Positions 38,760 to 48,681 of a stretch of DNA of 64,000 bases are shown piece after piece. The translations under genes and the position numbers were made by a program. The stretch comes from a virus, in IMG/VR virus record IMGVR_UViG_3300033146_004128, positions 1-64,000 of that record; one strand, given 5' to 3'. The notes under the pieces were generated by a model. That model ran no database searches and was not told where the DNA came from. It saw only the letters and a program-made list of their open reading frames with translations. Position 1 is the stretch's first letter. Each line of letters begins with the position of its first letter.

Positions 38760-39124
38760 GTATTGAATTAAAAGATACACTTATCTACCGGCTGTCAGAG
38801 CAAATACTAAATGATCTGTATGCACTTGAGGATGAACTTGACTACGATGATGATAATATCGGAAGAGCTATTGCCATCATGCAAAATTTTGATGCAGAAG
38901 ATGCGTGCAAGAAACATATGGCTCAAGTAAAGGAAGAAATTATGATTCTTCAGGGGCCTGTGGATGTAGATGTGCTTACGGAGATAATGAATAGAAAAGT
39001 ATATTGGTCAGAAATTGTTGTCCCCGGATATATCCGTGTGCACTATGATCAAGAGAGATATCTTCCTGTATACGAAGATGTTCCTGTCGAGAGGATACTA
39101 AAATACACAAAGGAAAATTCATGA
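38756..39124 (+). CDS. hypothetical protein
   Basis: ATGA coupling, GGAGG RBS. Confidence 0.75.
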   Translation: MSIELKDTLIYRLSEQILNDLYALEDELDYDDDNIGRAIAIMQNFDAEDACKKHMAQVKEEIMILQGPVDVDVLTEIMNRKVYWSEIVVPGYIRVHYDQERYLPVYEDVPVERILKYTKENS

Positions 39125-39327
39125 GAAGAAAATCGCTAAAAGAAATACTATCAGAAGATATTCTTGAGAGATACAACAATATTGAATATTGGGACCCTGC
39201 AGTCATAAGAGAGTACCTAGATGAACAGACGGAAGTAACTCAAGAGGATATGGATATAGCCACGATGATGCTTGACAAGATAGAGATTGATGTAGCAGAG
39301 ATAAAAAGAAAATTGAAGGAGAAGTAA
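39121..39327 (+). CDS. hypothetical protein
   Basis: ATGA coupling. Confidence 0.7.
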   Translation: MRRKSLKEILSEDILERYNNIEYWDPAVIREYLDEQTEVTQEDMDIATMMLDKIEIDVAEIKRKLKEK

Positions 39328-39944
39328 TGTATGTAGAATGTACGAAATGTGGTCACGGGTTTGCATCAGACATATTGGGCGAAGTATTTTGCCCAAAATG
39401 TGGATTTAAAAATCGCAATGATCAGCTCACACGAAGCCAGTATGAAAAGGTAAGCAAGAGAGTTGAAGAAGCACTCGTAGGATATGTTAGATGCACAACT
39501 GCAATGCTTAGAAGGAACGACAAGAACCATTTTGAAAGAACGCTTACACACATAGAGAACCCAAAGGTGACAATATATGCAGACAGTTATTCAAAGCTAC
39601 CTGTACGTTTTGATGAGAAGAGAATTATATTCTCTGACTATACCGGGGCTCAGGATAAGTACCACACGTATGATGTCAGGACGGTGAGAAGCAAGAGTGA
39701 TAGTGGAGTAAGTACTGTTGGAGAGAATATGATTGAGATAAAGGCATTCGATGTTATGGATATGTCAAATGCAGAGATTGTAGAATACGTAGATAAGCTG
39801 TTTAAGAATGAAAATTGGGCAGGTGTATCATCTGACATGAAAGTCGTATCGTTTATAACGCTATGGGACACTCTTGATGAAAGACTTGAGGCAGTGTCTG
39901 CGATAACAAAAAAGCTGTGCATAGAAGGAGAGATAAGTGGTTAA
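39327..39944 (+). CDS. hypothetical protein with N-terminal zinc ribbon
   Basis: CTKCG...CPKCG. Confidence 0.75.
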   Translation: MYVECTKCGHGFASDILGEVFCPKCGFKNRNDQLTRSQYEKVSKRVEEALVGYVRCTTAMLRRNDKNHFERTLTHIENPKVTIYADSYSKLPVRFDEKRIIFSDYTGAQDKYHTYDVRTVRSKSDSGVSTVGENMIEIKAFDVMDMSNAEIVEYVDKLFKNENWAGVSSDMKVVSFITLWDTLDERLEAVSAITKKLCIEGEISG

Positions 39945-40257
39945 AAATGACTCAATATCACTGGTGAAGAGCAAGTTGAGAAACATTAGAGTAGTACAGT
40001 ATCAATCACTTAGAGACTATCCCTCTGACGACATATGGTGGGCTCTTCAAACATGTAGTATAGACAGTGTTGATATACATGGGGATATAGACAGGGTGGT
40101 TATCTCTACGAATATATTTGACGATAAGGACAGTACCTTGGATATCATATCGTTCTTCGCAGAAGAGTACGACTCGCAAGCAGGTGTTCTGAGTGATTTT
40201 ATTAATCATGTTGAACGGTGTCTACTTCTAGGAGTAGACTTTATAGAAATAAGCTAA
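39937..40257 (+). CDS. hypothetical protein
   Basis: GTG start after GGAG. Confidence 0.7.
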   Translation: MVKNDSISLVKSKLRNIRVVQYQSLRDYPSDDIWWALQTCSIDSVDIHGDIDRVVISTNIFDDKDSTLDIISFFAEEYDSQAGVLSDFINHVERCLLLGVDFIEIS

Positions 40258-40266
40258 GGAAAAAAT

Positions 40267-40689
40267 ATGAGCTCAGCAGTAGAAAGAATTTTAGAGGAAA
40301 AACTAGATTTGATACAGAGAACAATGGAGGAGGTCAGAGGAATGAAGATGGCTACTCCTTCTCTTAGGTGTGCAGTGCAAAAAAATTATGGATCAATCCT
40401 GAATGGGTATAGGGAAGGTGACTTGACTTTTCAGGAGGCAGTAAATGCACTTGAAGCAAGAGCCCCTACCAACAAAAAAGATGCAGATGAGAAGTATACA
40501 GTAATGGAATACATCATAAAGAAGGTAGCAGCTGTAAGGACTAGAGCAAACGTGTGGGATCTTATGTATGAGACAGAGTTCCATGGAGATGGGGTTGAAC
40601 TAAATGAGGTTATGGCATGCATGACTGATGAGCAAGTATTCAATTGGTATCCAGGAATTATAGCAAGCTATATTGGAGGAAGACAATGA
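40267..40689 (+). CDS. hypothetical protein
   Basis: AAGGA RBS. Confidence 0.75.
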   Translation: MSSAVERILEEKLDLIQRTMEEVRGMKMATPSLRCAVQKNYGSILNGYREGDLTFQEAVNALEARAPTNKKDADEKYTVMEYIIKKVAAVRTRANVWDLMYETEFHGDGVELNEVMACMTDEQVFNWYPGIIASYIGGRQ

Positions 40690-41102
40690 TATTAGTAAAT
40701 AAAGATACGCTAGAGGTAATATACAGCATGACAAGCAATGTTCTTGTTGGGTACTACAATGAAGCAAGCAACAATACGTCTATAATGCTTAGCGGTAGGA
40801 TCATAGAAACACATGATGGAAATATGAACGAGGAGGCATGCCAGGCTATCATAGAAGAGTCTTGGAATATTACAGTTACTGAAGATTCCAAATATCCATA
40901 TATCATAAATGACAAGCTGCTCAAGCAAGATGTGGTCGATACTGTATTGGGATACTTGGACATTGAGGAGGAATCACTTCTTAATGGGTTGCTGACTGAC
41001 GACGACATGTCTTACATAGTTGATAGAATGTACGATATGGAATCCGATACAGCAATAGATATAGCGATGAGAATAGAGAGAGAACTAGAAAAGGAAGACT
41101 AA
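40686..41102 (+). CDS. hypothetical acidic protein
   Basis: ATGA coupling. Confidence 0.75.
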   Translation: MILVNKDTLEVIYSMTSNVLVGYYNEASNNTSIMLSGRIIETHDGNMNEEACQAIIEESWNITVTEDSKYPYIINDKLLKQDVVDTVLGYLDIEEESLLNGLLTDDDMSYIVDRMYDMESDTAIDIAMRIERELEKED

Positions 41103-42809
41103 ATGACAGCGATTGAAATTACAGAGTCAAATATAAATGGGTACGGGTATGATATTGGTGGTCACACAGAAAAAGGAACAGAGATTCTGTCTAGGCCAAA
41201 GTATATATGGTCTTCTTGGTATAGCGATGATGAGGACAGGATAAAGAAAGCAGGGTTTATACAGGAGCTCATTGACAAGTACGGTGAAGACAGATTGTTT
41301 GTGAAAGAAATAAGAATGATGTACGAAGATGGTTCAAAATCATTCAACTTTGAAGGAATGCATGAAGCAGCTCAAGCAAAGTTCCCGGTAAGCAAGATAG
41401 TTGAGAGTAACCTAGATCTTATAGATTCTATAAGCATATATACAATACCTAGGGTTGTAACTCATATGGATATCGACAAATACTCTTCTTCAAAAGATGA
41501 TCAGTTGGAACTTATGACTGCACTACTGTGGGAAACAGAGCAGATAGATGTCGGTGAAGGATTTGTTGATAGCTATTATGATATCAGTGATGATATTATG
41601 AGCTTCAGTTCCCTGAGCAATAGGCATGATAATTGGGAGTACAATGGAGACTACACACTATTTCACGGTGGGTCATCATGCTACTCAGATTCAGTTGTGT
41701 CATCTATAGACGGAAGAATGTCTCCATACAATGATGCTGCAGTGAATGATTTTTGGGACTTCACAATGTCTGATGAGGATCCGTTTGAGCATATTGACCC
41801 AGAAGGAAAAGTTTCTGTGTATGCAAGAAAAGGAAAAGAGTGGTATGTATCCTCATCTGTAAGTGAGAGTCAGATATACCTAACCTACTATCATGACTAT
41901 GATGGACTGCAAGAAGAAGAAGAGTTTATATTTTATTACGATGAGGCAACAGAAGAACTTGTAAATAAGGTTGAATCATACGTGCATGCACTCGTTCTTG
42001 ACTGCCAAATAAAATGTATCATAAATGATGAGTTGCATATTGGTGGGTATGATAATGCATACGACTATACAAACAACATATTTAATCTGAAGATTTTGGA
42101 CAGAGAATATGATGATGACCTATGGTCTGCAGCATACTCGATAATGGACTTTGTGGACTGGGAAAACAAGACAAAAGAAGAGACTATGGTCATGGACGCA
42201 TACGAAGATTTTCTTATCCATAATACAGATGAAAACGGTAAGCTGTTCGGAAAGTATGATCACCTAAATATGTTCAGAGATATTGTATCCAAGGAAGGTA
42301 AAAAGCTTGTAAGAACAAAAGTGCCAAATGAAAACAGAGAGAGATGGGCAATAAAGTATAAGAACCATGAGTACCATTTTGAGCTTGCCGAATTATACGA
42401 GACAAGCCCTAAGGCATTCTATGAACAGTGCTCTCTAAACCTTACAAAGAGAACCCTTGAGAATATTGACAAGAATGCACTTATGGTAGAGGCAAAGAAT
42501 GTCTTTGTAGGCTTCGAGGATAGCCTTGAGGCAGGAAACTGCAAGACAGGTACTCAGAGCTTCTGTAATAGGTTCGGGATCGATACTAGTGTGATTGGTG
42601 GCGTTAGAGGCGATGCTCTACTCGCTATGGATTATAGTAACTTCACGAGAAGAGCAGTAGCTCAAGCAATAAGCAAAAGGGGGAAACCACATGAAGAAGT
42701 AAATAGAGACGATACAAAAAGTAGTCCAGGCATGATGAGTAGAGTGATTGAGTTTGTACAAAATTTAATCGATCTATTGTTTAACAATAATAAAGGAGTA
42801 ATAGCATGA
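41103..42809 (+). CDS. large acidic hypothetical protein
   Basis: 568 aa; C-terminal AGNCKTGT motif domain seen in phage proteins. Confidence 0.8.
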   Translation: MTAIEITESNINGYGYDIGGHTEKGTEILSRPKYIWSSWYSDDEDRIKKAGFIQELIDKYGEDRLFVKEIRMMYEDGSKSFNFEGMHEAAQAKFPVSKIVESNLDLIDSISIYTIPRVVTHMDIDKYSSSKDDQLELMTALLWETEQIDVGEGFVDSYYDISDDIMSFSSLSNRHDNWEYNGDYTLFHGGSSCYSDSVVSSIDGRMSPYNDAAVNDFWDFTMSDEDPFEHIDPEGKVSVYARKGKEWYVSSSVSESQIYLTYYHDYDGLQEEEEFIFYYDEATEELVNKVESYVHALVLDCQIKCIINDELHIGGYDNAYDYTNNIFNLKILDREYDDDLWSAAYSIMDFVDWENKTKEETMVMDAYEDFLIHNTDENGKLFGKYDHLNMFRDIVSKEGKKLVRTKVPNENRERWAIKYKNHEYHFELAELYETSPKAFYEQCSLNLTKRTLENIDKNALMVEAKNVFVGFEDSLEAGNCKTGTQSFCNRFGIDTSVIGGVRGDALLAMDYSNFTRRAVAQAISKRGKPHEEVNRDDTKSSPGMMSRVIEFVQNLIDLLFNNNKGVIA

Positions 42810-43432
42810 GCAAGATAAGCATAAGAGGAATCGAACTTAAAGAGGGAGAGGAGTATGGAGCGAAGCTTAAGAATGGAAGAGCTAATTTAGTAACTGTAAA
42901 AGATGGAAATATAGTAACTGTTGCTGATGGAGAGGAAATAAAAGCAGATGAAATTCTTCGTGTTTCAGACAGAAGAAGAGGATTTTATCCGGATGGCATA
43001 GAGTACAGCGATGAGGTTGGAAAGTATGTAGCGGTAAGTATCTGTGAAGATGATCTAGATGAACTTATGATTCACAGAATGGAAGAAAATGCACATGTGT
43101 TTGGGCATATTGATGGGCTATCTGTAAATACAAGTTCCGGTGAAGATACTGTGGACAGAGAAGTATTTATTTACTCAAGCGATAATGTTCCTGAGCTCGT
43201 GTATGGTATGCAGGAATTGCTTTGGTCATGCAAGGACAACCCTGAGGAATGCAATTATGATGAGGATGCTATATACAAACTGGATGCAATAACTGAGATG
43301 CTTAAACACTTCATAGGGTACGAACTTGTACTGATCGTTGCTGTTCTCAAGTTCAACGAGATAGTGTTGGAAAATCAACCAGAAGAAGTATTGAAGCAGG
43401 CAGGAAAGCTAATGGATACGGATCCTGAATAG
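42806..43432 (+). CDS. hypothetical acidic protein
   Basis: ATGA coupling. Confidence 0.75.
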   Translation: MSKISIRGIELKEGEEYGAKLKNGRANLVTVKDGNIVTVADGEEIKADEILRVSDRRRGFYPDGIEYSDEVGKYVAVSICEDDLDELMIHRMEENAHVFGHIDGLSVNTSSGEDTVDREVFIYSSDNVPELVYGMQELLWSCKDNPEECNYDEDAIYKLDAITEMLKHFIGYELVLIVAVLKFNEIVLENQPEEVLKQAGKLMDTDPE

Positions 43433-43433
43433 T

Positions 43434-43613
43434 ATGGCAACATATGTATACCGGTGCACCAATAAGGAGTGCACCAATAATAATGTTGAGGTTGACGTAG
43501 TGAAACCCATGAGTGAGTCATCAAGCAAGGAAGTATGCAAAGAATGCAGTAAAGAGATGACGAAAGTATTTATACCGTTCAGTGCAAGAACACTGGACGG
43601 ATTCAAAAGATAA
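43434..43613 (+). CDS. FmdB-family zinc-ribbon protein (59 aa)
   Basis: MATYVYRCTNKEC...CKECSKEMTKVF. Confidence 0.75.
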   Translation: MATYVYRCTNKECTNNNVEVDVVKPMSESSSKEVCKECSKEMTKVFIPFSARTLDGFKR

Positions 43614-43625
43614 AAGGATAATAAA

Positions 43626-43814
43626 GTGGACAATAAAGAATATGAAGTTACGGTACACGTAAGTTTTAACGGGCATAAAATAACAGGCACATACACAGTT
43701 ACCGCACCAAATGAAGAGATAGCTAAAGAAGATGCTGAAGCATTTGCAGATGTTGATATCATGATCAGTTCAGGAGCCGCAAGGGAAAAGAAAAATGAAG
43801 ATCTACAAAGTTAG
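43626..43814 (+). CDS. small acidic protein, DpnD/PcfM-like motif
   Basis: YEVTV...VTAPNEEIAKE. Confidence 0.6.
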   Translation: MDNKEYEVTVHVSFNGHKITGTYTVTAPNEEIAKEDAEAFADVDIMISSGAAREKKNEDLQS

Positions 43815-44037
43815 GTTTCTAGATGAGCTCGGCAAAGAAATTGCTGAGTTTGGATTTTATGAAGACCTAGGTGACGCAGAGAGGAGAAGAGCTGAAGTCG
43901 CTTCAAGAATTTCACAAAGAGGAAGTCTTGAGATAAGAACGATAGTGCCGACTCCACCATCCGAATTTGTGGATAGGAGAATTAGGCTCGACACAGAGAT
44001 AGTATATGAACTTAAAGAAGGTAGCAAGTATGATTGA
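43795..44037 (+). CDS. hypothetical protein
   Basis: Coupled ORF. Confidence 0.7.
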   Translation: MKIYKVRFLDELGKEIAEFGFYEDLGDAERRRAEVASRISQRGSLEIRTIVPTPPSEFVDRRIRLDTEIVYELKEGSKYD

Positions 44038-44269
44038 GATGGAATTGATGACGGCAGTGAGTAAGCCGTCTGACCTAAAAGTATGCCATAAGTGCGGATT
44101 GTTGAATTGGTATGAAAACGAAGTGTGTCGCAATACAGTTTGTACATGTACAGAGTTTCACGAAGATCAACAAAATGTAAACTTGGCAATACAAGAGGAG
44201 TACAATTTCTACATGGTAGAAGAAGGTATGAGTGAAGAAGAAGTAGATCACATCTACATAGAAGTATAA
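44030..44269 (+). CDS. zinc-ribbon protein
   Basis: CHKCG...C...C. Confidence 0.7.
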   Translation: MIEMELMTAVSKPSDLKVCHKCGLLNWYENEVCRNTVCTCTEFHEDQQNVNLAIQEEYNFYMVEEGMSEEEVDHIYIEV

Positions 44270-44280
44270 AAGGAAAAATA

Positions 44281-44841
44281 ATGCTAGGAACAATAAAGAG
44301 TGGTACAAGAGCACATGCAATGGAGATTATGGTAGCAGGATATGGACAGGCAGTCCATGAGAGTTTTGGCCCTGGAGGGTTCTTTGAGTTTGATGCACAT
44401 CAACAGATTTTTGTAGATGCAGACGGAATAGATGTCACAGATGAACTGTTTGGGCTTGAGAGCCTACTTGACGGGTGGCACACATGGAACGATGATGACG
44501 AGGCAAGAAAGAATGAATATATTGCCAAGATTGAAGCGGAGCGTGCCGAAGAAGAGGCGGAAGCGCAAAGAAGAGTTGATGCCAACATTGGAGGATATTC
44601 AATGAAGGATTTTGCGGCGTCAGTGTTTAGTGATGGGTCTCACATATACTACAGGAAGAACAAGACAGGCAGTGCCGGAAGAGCAAAAGTAAATGGGTTT
44701 AGACTCACAGTTTTGAACGGAGAACCATCTGTCGAGTATAACGTTAAGTACGACAGGACAGGGTGTGATGAGTGGCTATCTGGTGGAGAAGTGTTCGCTT
44801 CAAAACTTGACCTTGCTGCAAGTGTAATGGCGAGTGTCTAG
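44281..44841 (+). CDS. hypothetical protein
   Basis: AAGGA RBS. Confidence 0.75.
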   Translation: MLGTIKSGTRAHAMEIMVAGYGQAVHESFGPGGFFEFDAHQQIFVDADGIDVTDELFGLESLLDGWHTWNDDDEARKNEYIAKIEAERAEEEAEAQRRVDANIGGYSMKDFAASVFSDGSHIYYRKNKTGSAGRAKVNGFRLTVLNGEPSVEYNVKYDRTGCDEWLSGGEVFASKLDLAASVMASV

Positions 44842-45051
44842 ATGGCAAGGTATAGAGTTATTTTTGATGGTCAATATTACATTGCGCAAAGATCAAAACT
44901 GATTTTCTTTTGGACAGAGTATTTCAAGTCAGATACTCCTGGTGTAAAGAGTGAGTCTTTCAAGAGTACTTCTTGTAGAGACACAGAGGCGTTTATTAGG
45001 AGAAAAAAGGAGTCCGCCAATGGACAAAAAGATGAAGAAGGCAATGGATAA
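44842..45051 (+). CDS. hypothetical protein
   Basis: Abuts the previous stop. Confidence 0.65.
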   Translation: MARYRVIFDGQYYIAQRSKLIFFWTEYFKSDTPGVKSESFKSTSCRDTEAFIRRKKESANGQKDEEGNG

Positions 45052-45691
45052 AGAGGATAAAAAATATGAAGTTTTAAGCGTTGACCCTGATGCTAGAGAG
45101 ATACTTGCACCGTATGCAGGTCATAAAGTAATAGTGGCAGGAAGGATAGAGAGGTTGTCTATCTCAAGGGGTGCAAATCCTGTACCTACTGCGCTACTTA
45201 AAGACATAACAGTATTCATTGATGATAAGGAGCTGTCTCTTTCATATGCTTGGCTGATCACAACAAAGTTTGATGCAGAAACAGACTATCTATTTTCTGC
45301 AACAATAAGCGAGTATCCAAAGTTTGATGATAATAAAAATGCCTTTACTAAGTATGGGTTTTTTAAGATAAAAAGGACAATAAAGCACAAGGGAGATGTG
45401 TCTGCGGCACTAAAAATGCTTAGGCTGGCAGAAGAGGGAGATAAGAAGGCACTTGAAGGCGGGAATCATTATAGCGTTGGCGTGATACAAGAGATGCTTG
45501 AAATGTATGGCTTCGCAATTACTCCAATGATAACCCCTGAAGGAAAATGGACATGCTCTATTGTTAAGCCTGAGTGTGGCGAATCAATAGAGATATCAAA
45601 AGAGAAAACATTTGCAAAGGCAGTGATGCATGCAAGAGATATAATTTCTTTTTTGTGTGATATAAAAATTAAAACAACAAAGGAAGAATAA
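45020..45691 (+). CDS. hypothetical protein
   Basis: AAGGAG RBS before ATG45020. Confidence 0.75.
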   Translation: MDKKMKKAMDKEDKKYEVLSVDPDAREILAPYAGHKVIVAGRIERLSISRGANPVPTALLKDITVFIDDKELSLSYAWLITTKFDAETDYLFSATISEYPKFDDNKNAFTKYGFFKIKRTIKHKGDVSAALKMLRLAEEGDKKALEGGNHYSVGVIQEMLEMYGFAITPMITPEGKWTCSIVKPECGESIEISKEKTFAKAVMHARDIISFLCDIKIKTTKEE

Positions 45692-46323
45692 TGGCTAACT
45701 ATAGTGATTTTGAATGTACTCTTCGTGGGACAGAGGAGAGTATAAAAGCAGTACATAAAAGACTGCTAGAGTCAACAAAAGATGACTGGTTCTATATGGA
45801 ACCTCCAGAAGGAGAAGTAAATAGCTGGGGGTACTCAGGTGTGGAGAGTCCATATTATAACGTTACGGAGAATGAGATATATTTTGCAGGATCCGGAAGA
45901 TGGCATGGTCCATATGGTGTCATAGAAGATCTAGCAGAAGAGTTCTCCCTGTCTGGTGACTATAATGACTTCGAGTCCGGATGTAACTTTTACCACAAGA
46001 TGATATTTGCAGACGGAATAAAAACTCTTGATAAGGAATACTCATATATGTCACCTGAGTCCGTAGCCCACAGAGGTATTGAATTTATGCTGGAAGAGTA
46101 CCAGTGGATAGCGGAAGAAGATGGATGGGAAGAAGAGTATAGCGAACTGATTGAATCCTTGGTGTCATCCGGAGTTCCAAGAGATGTACTCATGAAAGAA
46201 TACAGAGCTGTAAATTCACAATGTGAACCGAACGCTGACAAGCAATGGCTTCCAAAAGTATCTTCATCTAAAGAGATAGCAGATGCAATCGGAATACCTG
46301 AGGAGGAGAGCCAAAATGAGTAG
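45691..46323 (+). CDS. DUF1281/YubB ferredoxin-like phage protein
   Basis: MANYS...LRGT...GRWHGP...FESGCNF pattern. Confidence 0.5.
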   Translation: MANYSDFECTLRGTEESIKAVHKRLLESTKDDWFYMEPPEGEVNSWGYSGVESPYYNVTENEIYFAGSGRWHGPYGVIEDLAEEFSLSGDYNDFESGCNFYHKMIFADGIKTLDKEYSYMSPESVAHRGIEFMLEEYQWIAEEDGWEEEYSELIESLVSSGVPRDVLMKEYRAVNSQCEPNADKQWLPKVSSSKEIADAIGIPEEESQNE

Positions 46324-46471
46324 AAGCATAGAAGACCTAAGGAAGGATTTGATACACTACACTGAAGTGTTTAAGCGTGCTAAAGATAGGGGGGGCAGAC
46401 GCATGATAGACGGTGCACAATGGAATATAGACAGGGTAAACGATAGGATCAGAGAGGAAGGTAAAAAATGA
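46316..46471 (+). CDS. hypothetical protein
   Basis: GGAGG RBS. Confidence 0.6.
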   Translation: MSRSIEDLRKDLIHYTEVFKRAKDRGGRRMIDGAQWNIDRVNDRIREEGKK

Positions 46472-47379
46472 GTAAGATAATAGACGCCATAACAAGAAAA
46501 TGCTCTCCAGAAGGGAACCAAGAAGTATATAAAGAGTACGTTATAGAGTCACTAATAGGCGGGTGGCTTGTGATGCTGCCCCAAAACTATTATTCTGATG
46601 CTATAAAAATGGTTACTGATGAAGATGGGGACAGTTTTGTGTTCTATGCTACAGGAGAAAAGATAGATGATGAAACTATTGATATCTTAACATCAGAAGA
46701 TGGAGTAGCATGGTTTATTGTAGAGTCAGCGTTTAAGGAAAAGACGTTAGAAGCGTTCTTGATGTACTTTGACGATGATGAAGATGTTTATGCCGGTCCG
46801 TTAAAGACAGACTGTACCTGTAAGAGGTGTGGTAATAATACAGTTGTAGTAGAGGAGTCTCTCGACTATCCGTACTACTGCTACACTTGCGATGAGAATA
46901 TGTACTCATTTGAGGTTGAAGGCGGCGAGCCATCGAACAAGTGTGCTGAATATATAGAAGATGAATCTTCTGTAGACACACGATTCTATAATATATTGTG
47001 TCCAGATGGAAGTGGTGTCGTTATTGAGCTTGAGGTTGCGTTGTTGACAAACGAAACAAATCTGTGTTGGATGGATGTCGTTGCCACCATTGGAACCGAT
47101 AGAGTATTCAGCTCATCTCAATGCATTGGAGAGTGGGAGCCTGAGCTTGGGCTTAGCCACACCATAGATGAAGAGTACCTTACAATATCTGTAGACAACT
47201 CAGACAAGAGGGCTACACTTCAAATCAAGGTGCAGAAGGATGAGCCGGGAATCATATTTGACCTGTTCAAATACGAGAGGACTCCAACTACCGATACATA
47301 CACTGAAAGAGAGGAGGAAATAGTAGAAGCCCTTGGGTATCTGACAATGGAAGACTGCCATGGAGAAGACGAAGAATAG
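46468..47379 (+). CDS. multi-domain acidic protein with central zinc ribbon
   Basis: CKRCG...YPYYCYTCDENM. Confidence 0.75.
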   Translation: MSKIIDAITRKCSPEGNQEVYKEYVIESLIGGWLVMLPQNYYSDAIKMVTDEDGDSFVFYATGEKIDDETIDILTSEDGVAWFIVESAFKEKTLEAFLMYFDDDEDVYAGPLKTDCTCKRCGNNTVVVEESLDYPYYCYTCDENMYSFEVEGGEPSNKCAEYIEDESSVDTRFYNILCPDGSGVVIELEVALLTNETNLCWMDVVATIGTDRVFSSSQCIGEWEPELGLSHTIDEEYLTISVDNSDKRATLQIKVQKDEPGIIFDLFKYERTPTTDTYTEREEEIVEALGYLTMEDCHGEDEE

Positions 47380-47381
47380 GT

Positions 47382-47417
47382 TTGGCATACGCCAACAACA
47401 ACTGGGTAATATTCCCA
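47382..47417 (+). promoter_or_regulatory. two short hairpins upstream of ssb
   Basis: TTGGC-atac-GCCAA and TGGG-N7-CCCA. Confidence 0.35.
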
Positions 47418-47439
47418 ACACAAATAACAGGAGATAAAA

Positions 47440-48048
47440 ATGTACAACAAAGTAGTATTGTTAGGAAACTTAACAAAAGATATTGAACTAAGATATACGC
47501 AGAGCGGATCGGCAATAGGAAACACGGGGATTGCGACAAATAGAAAATGGAAGTCACAAACAGGAGAGCAAAAGGAAGAGGTTATGTTCGTTGACATCAC
47601 ATTCTTTGGACGATCTGCAGAGATTGCGAACCAGTACCTTAGAAAAGGCAGCAAGATCCTTGTTGATGGTAGGCTGAAGCTTGACCAGTGGAAGGCACAA
47701 GACGGATCTAACCGGTCCAAGCACAGCATTGTTGTTGAGACCATGAAGATGCTGGATCCGAACCCAAACAACGGAGGAAATGGACAGGGAGGATACCACA
47801 ACAACCAGAATAACCAGAACCAAGGTAATGGTGGATACGGTAATGGAAACGGCAACGGTAATGGGTACGGAAACAATGGTCAGGGCAATGGTCAGGGCAA
47901 TGGTCAGGGTGGATATCAGAACAACGGCAATAATGGCCAAGGAGGATACCAGAATAATGGCAACAATGGGAATGGGAACAATGGTGGAGGAGCGCAACCT
48001 GATCAAATCCCGGAGATTGACATCAACGAAGACGAGATCCCGTTTTAG
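47440..48048 (+). CDS. ssb: single-stranded DNA-binding protein, Campylobacterota type
   Basis: MYNKVVLLGNLTKDIELRYT, KGSKILVDGRL, G/N/Q linker, IPEIDINEDEIPF tail. Confidence 0.97.
   Translation: MYNKVVLLGNLTKDIELRYTQSGSAIGNTGIATNRKWKSQTGEQKEEVMFVDITFFGRSAEIANQYLRKGSKILVDGRLKLDQWKAQDGSNRSKHSIVVETMKMLDPNPNNGGNGQGGYHNNQNNQNQGNGGYGNGNGNGNGYGNNGQGNGQGNGQGGYQNNGNNGQGGYQNNGNNGNGNNGGGAQPDQIPEIDINEDEIPF
47875..47910 (+). repeat. 12-bp tandem repeat x3 (AATGGTCAGGGY) encoding (NGQG)3
   Basis: Seen directly within the ssb linker. Confidence 0.85.
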
Positions 48049-48058
48049 CAGGTGATAT

Positions 48059-48085
48059 ATTCATGCAAGCATAGCTTGCGTGGAT
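48059..48085 (+). terminator. stem-loop after ssb (terminator or RNA-stabilising hairpin)
   Basis: ATTCATGCAAGC-ata-GCTTGCGTGGAT, 12-bp stem with two G-U pairs; no clear U-tract. Confidence 0.55.
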
Positions 48086-48132
48086 CGCAAATATCCATGG
48101 CAAAATAAAGACAAACAAAAAGGACATTAGGT

Positions 48133-48681
48133 ATGAACTATGAAAGTAAAAGCAAGTATGTAGAATTTGTAATTGAAGACAGTGATTATATAAACGACAT
48201 AATGGAAGAGTGGGGGATTATTACAGGTAGAGGAACTGTGTCATATTATGATAATGACAACATGGCCGTGCCTGAGTATGATCACTCATTTGTTTTAGAA
48301 TGGGAAAATAGCGTTGGGGAAAAGAGAATCCTTGTTGGAGATGAGCATGATGCTATATTCGATGAGATATTTGACTGTGTAAATATATATGACTTCCTTC
48401 TTGCAGATGACGGTGAGCAGATAGACATTAGTGACTATGCTAGCCTGTCAATAGAGGAGATGCTAGGAGTAAGAGATAGAACTGAACCGGTTGGACTATC
48501 CTCGGAACAGTTCAATGAGCTTATGTCTAGGCTCATAGAACTGAAAGAGGACTCCTTGTACAGAAGGGAGATCAATGGAGACACTGAAGTGTATCCTAGG
48601 GTCAATGGAATGATACCTTATCTAGAGGCGAAAGAGATCATTCTCAAATATGTAATAGACAAAGGAAATGTAAAAAAATGA
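48133..48681 (+). CDS. hypothetical acidic protein
   Basis: AAGGA RBS. Confidence 0.75.
   Translation: MNYESKSKYVEFVIEDSDYINDIMEEWGIITGRGTVSYYDNDNMAVPEYDHSFVLEWENSVGEKRILVGDEHDAIFDEIFDCVNIYDFLLADDGEQIDISDYASLSIEEMLGVRDRTEPVGLSSEQFNELMSRLIELKEDSLYRREINGDTEVYPRVNGMIPYLEAKEIILKYVIDKGNVKK

Noticed and set aside
43452-43481. GTGCACCAATAA direct repeat
   Set aside because: It only encodes CTN twice within the FmdB zinc ribbon
47220-48055. Pro-rich and repetitive ORFs overlapping ssb
   Set aside because: They are antisense or out-of-frame readings of the G/N/Q linker repeats
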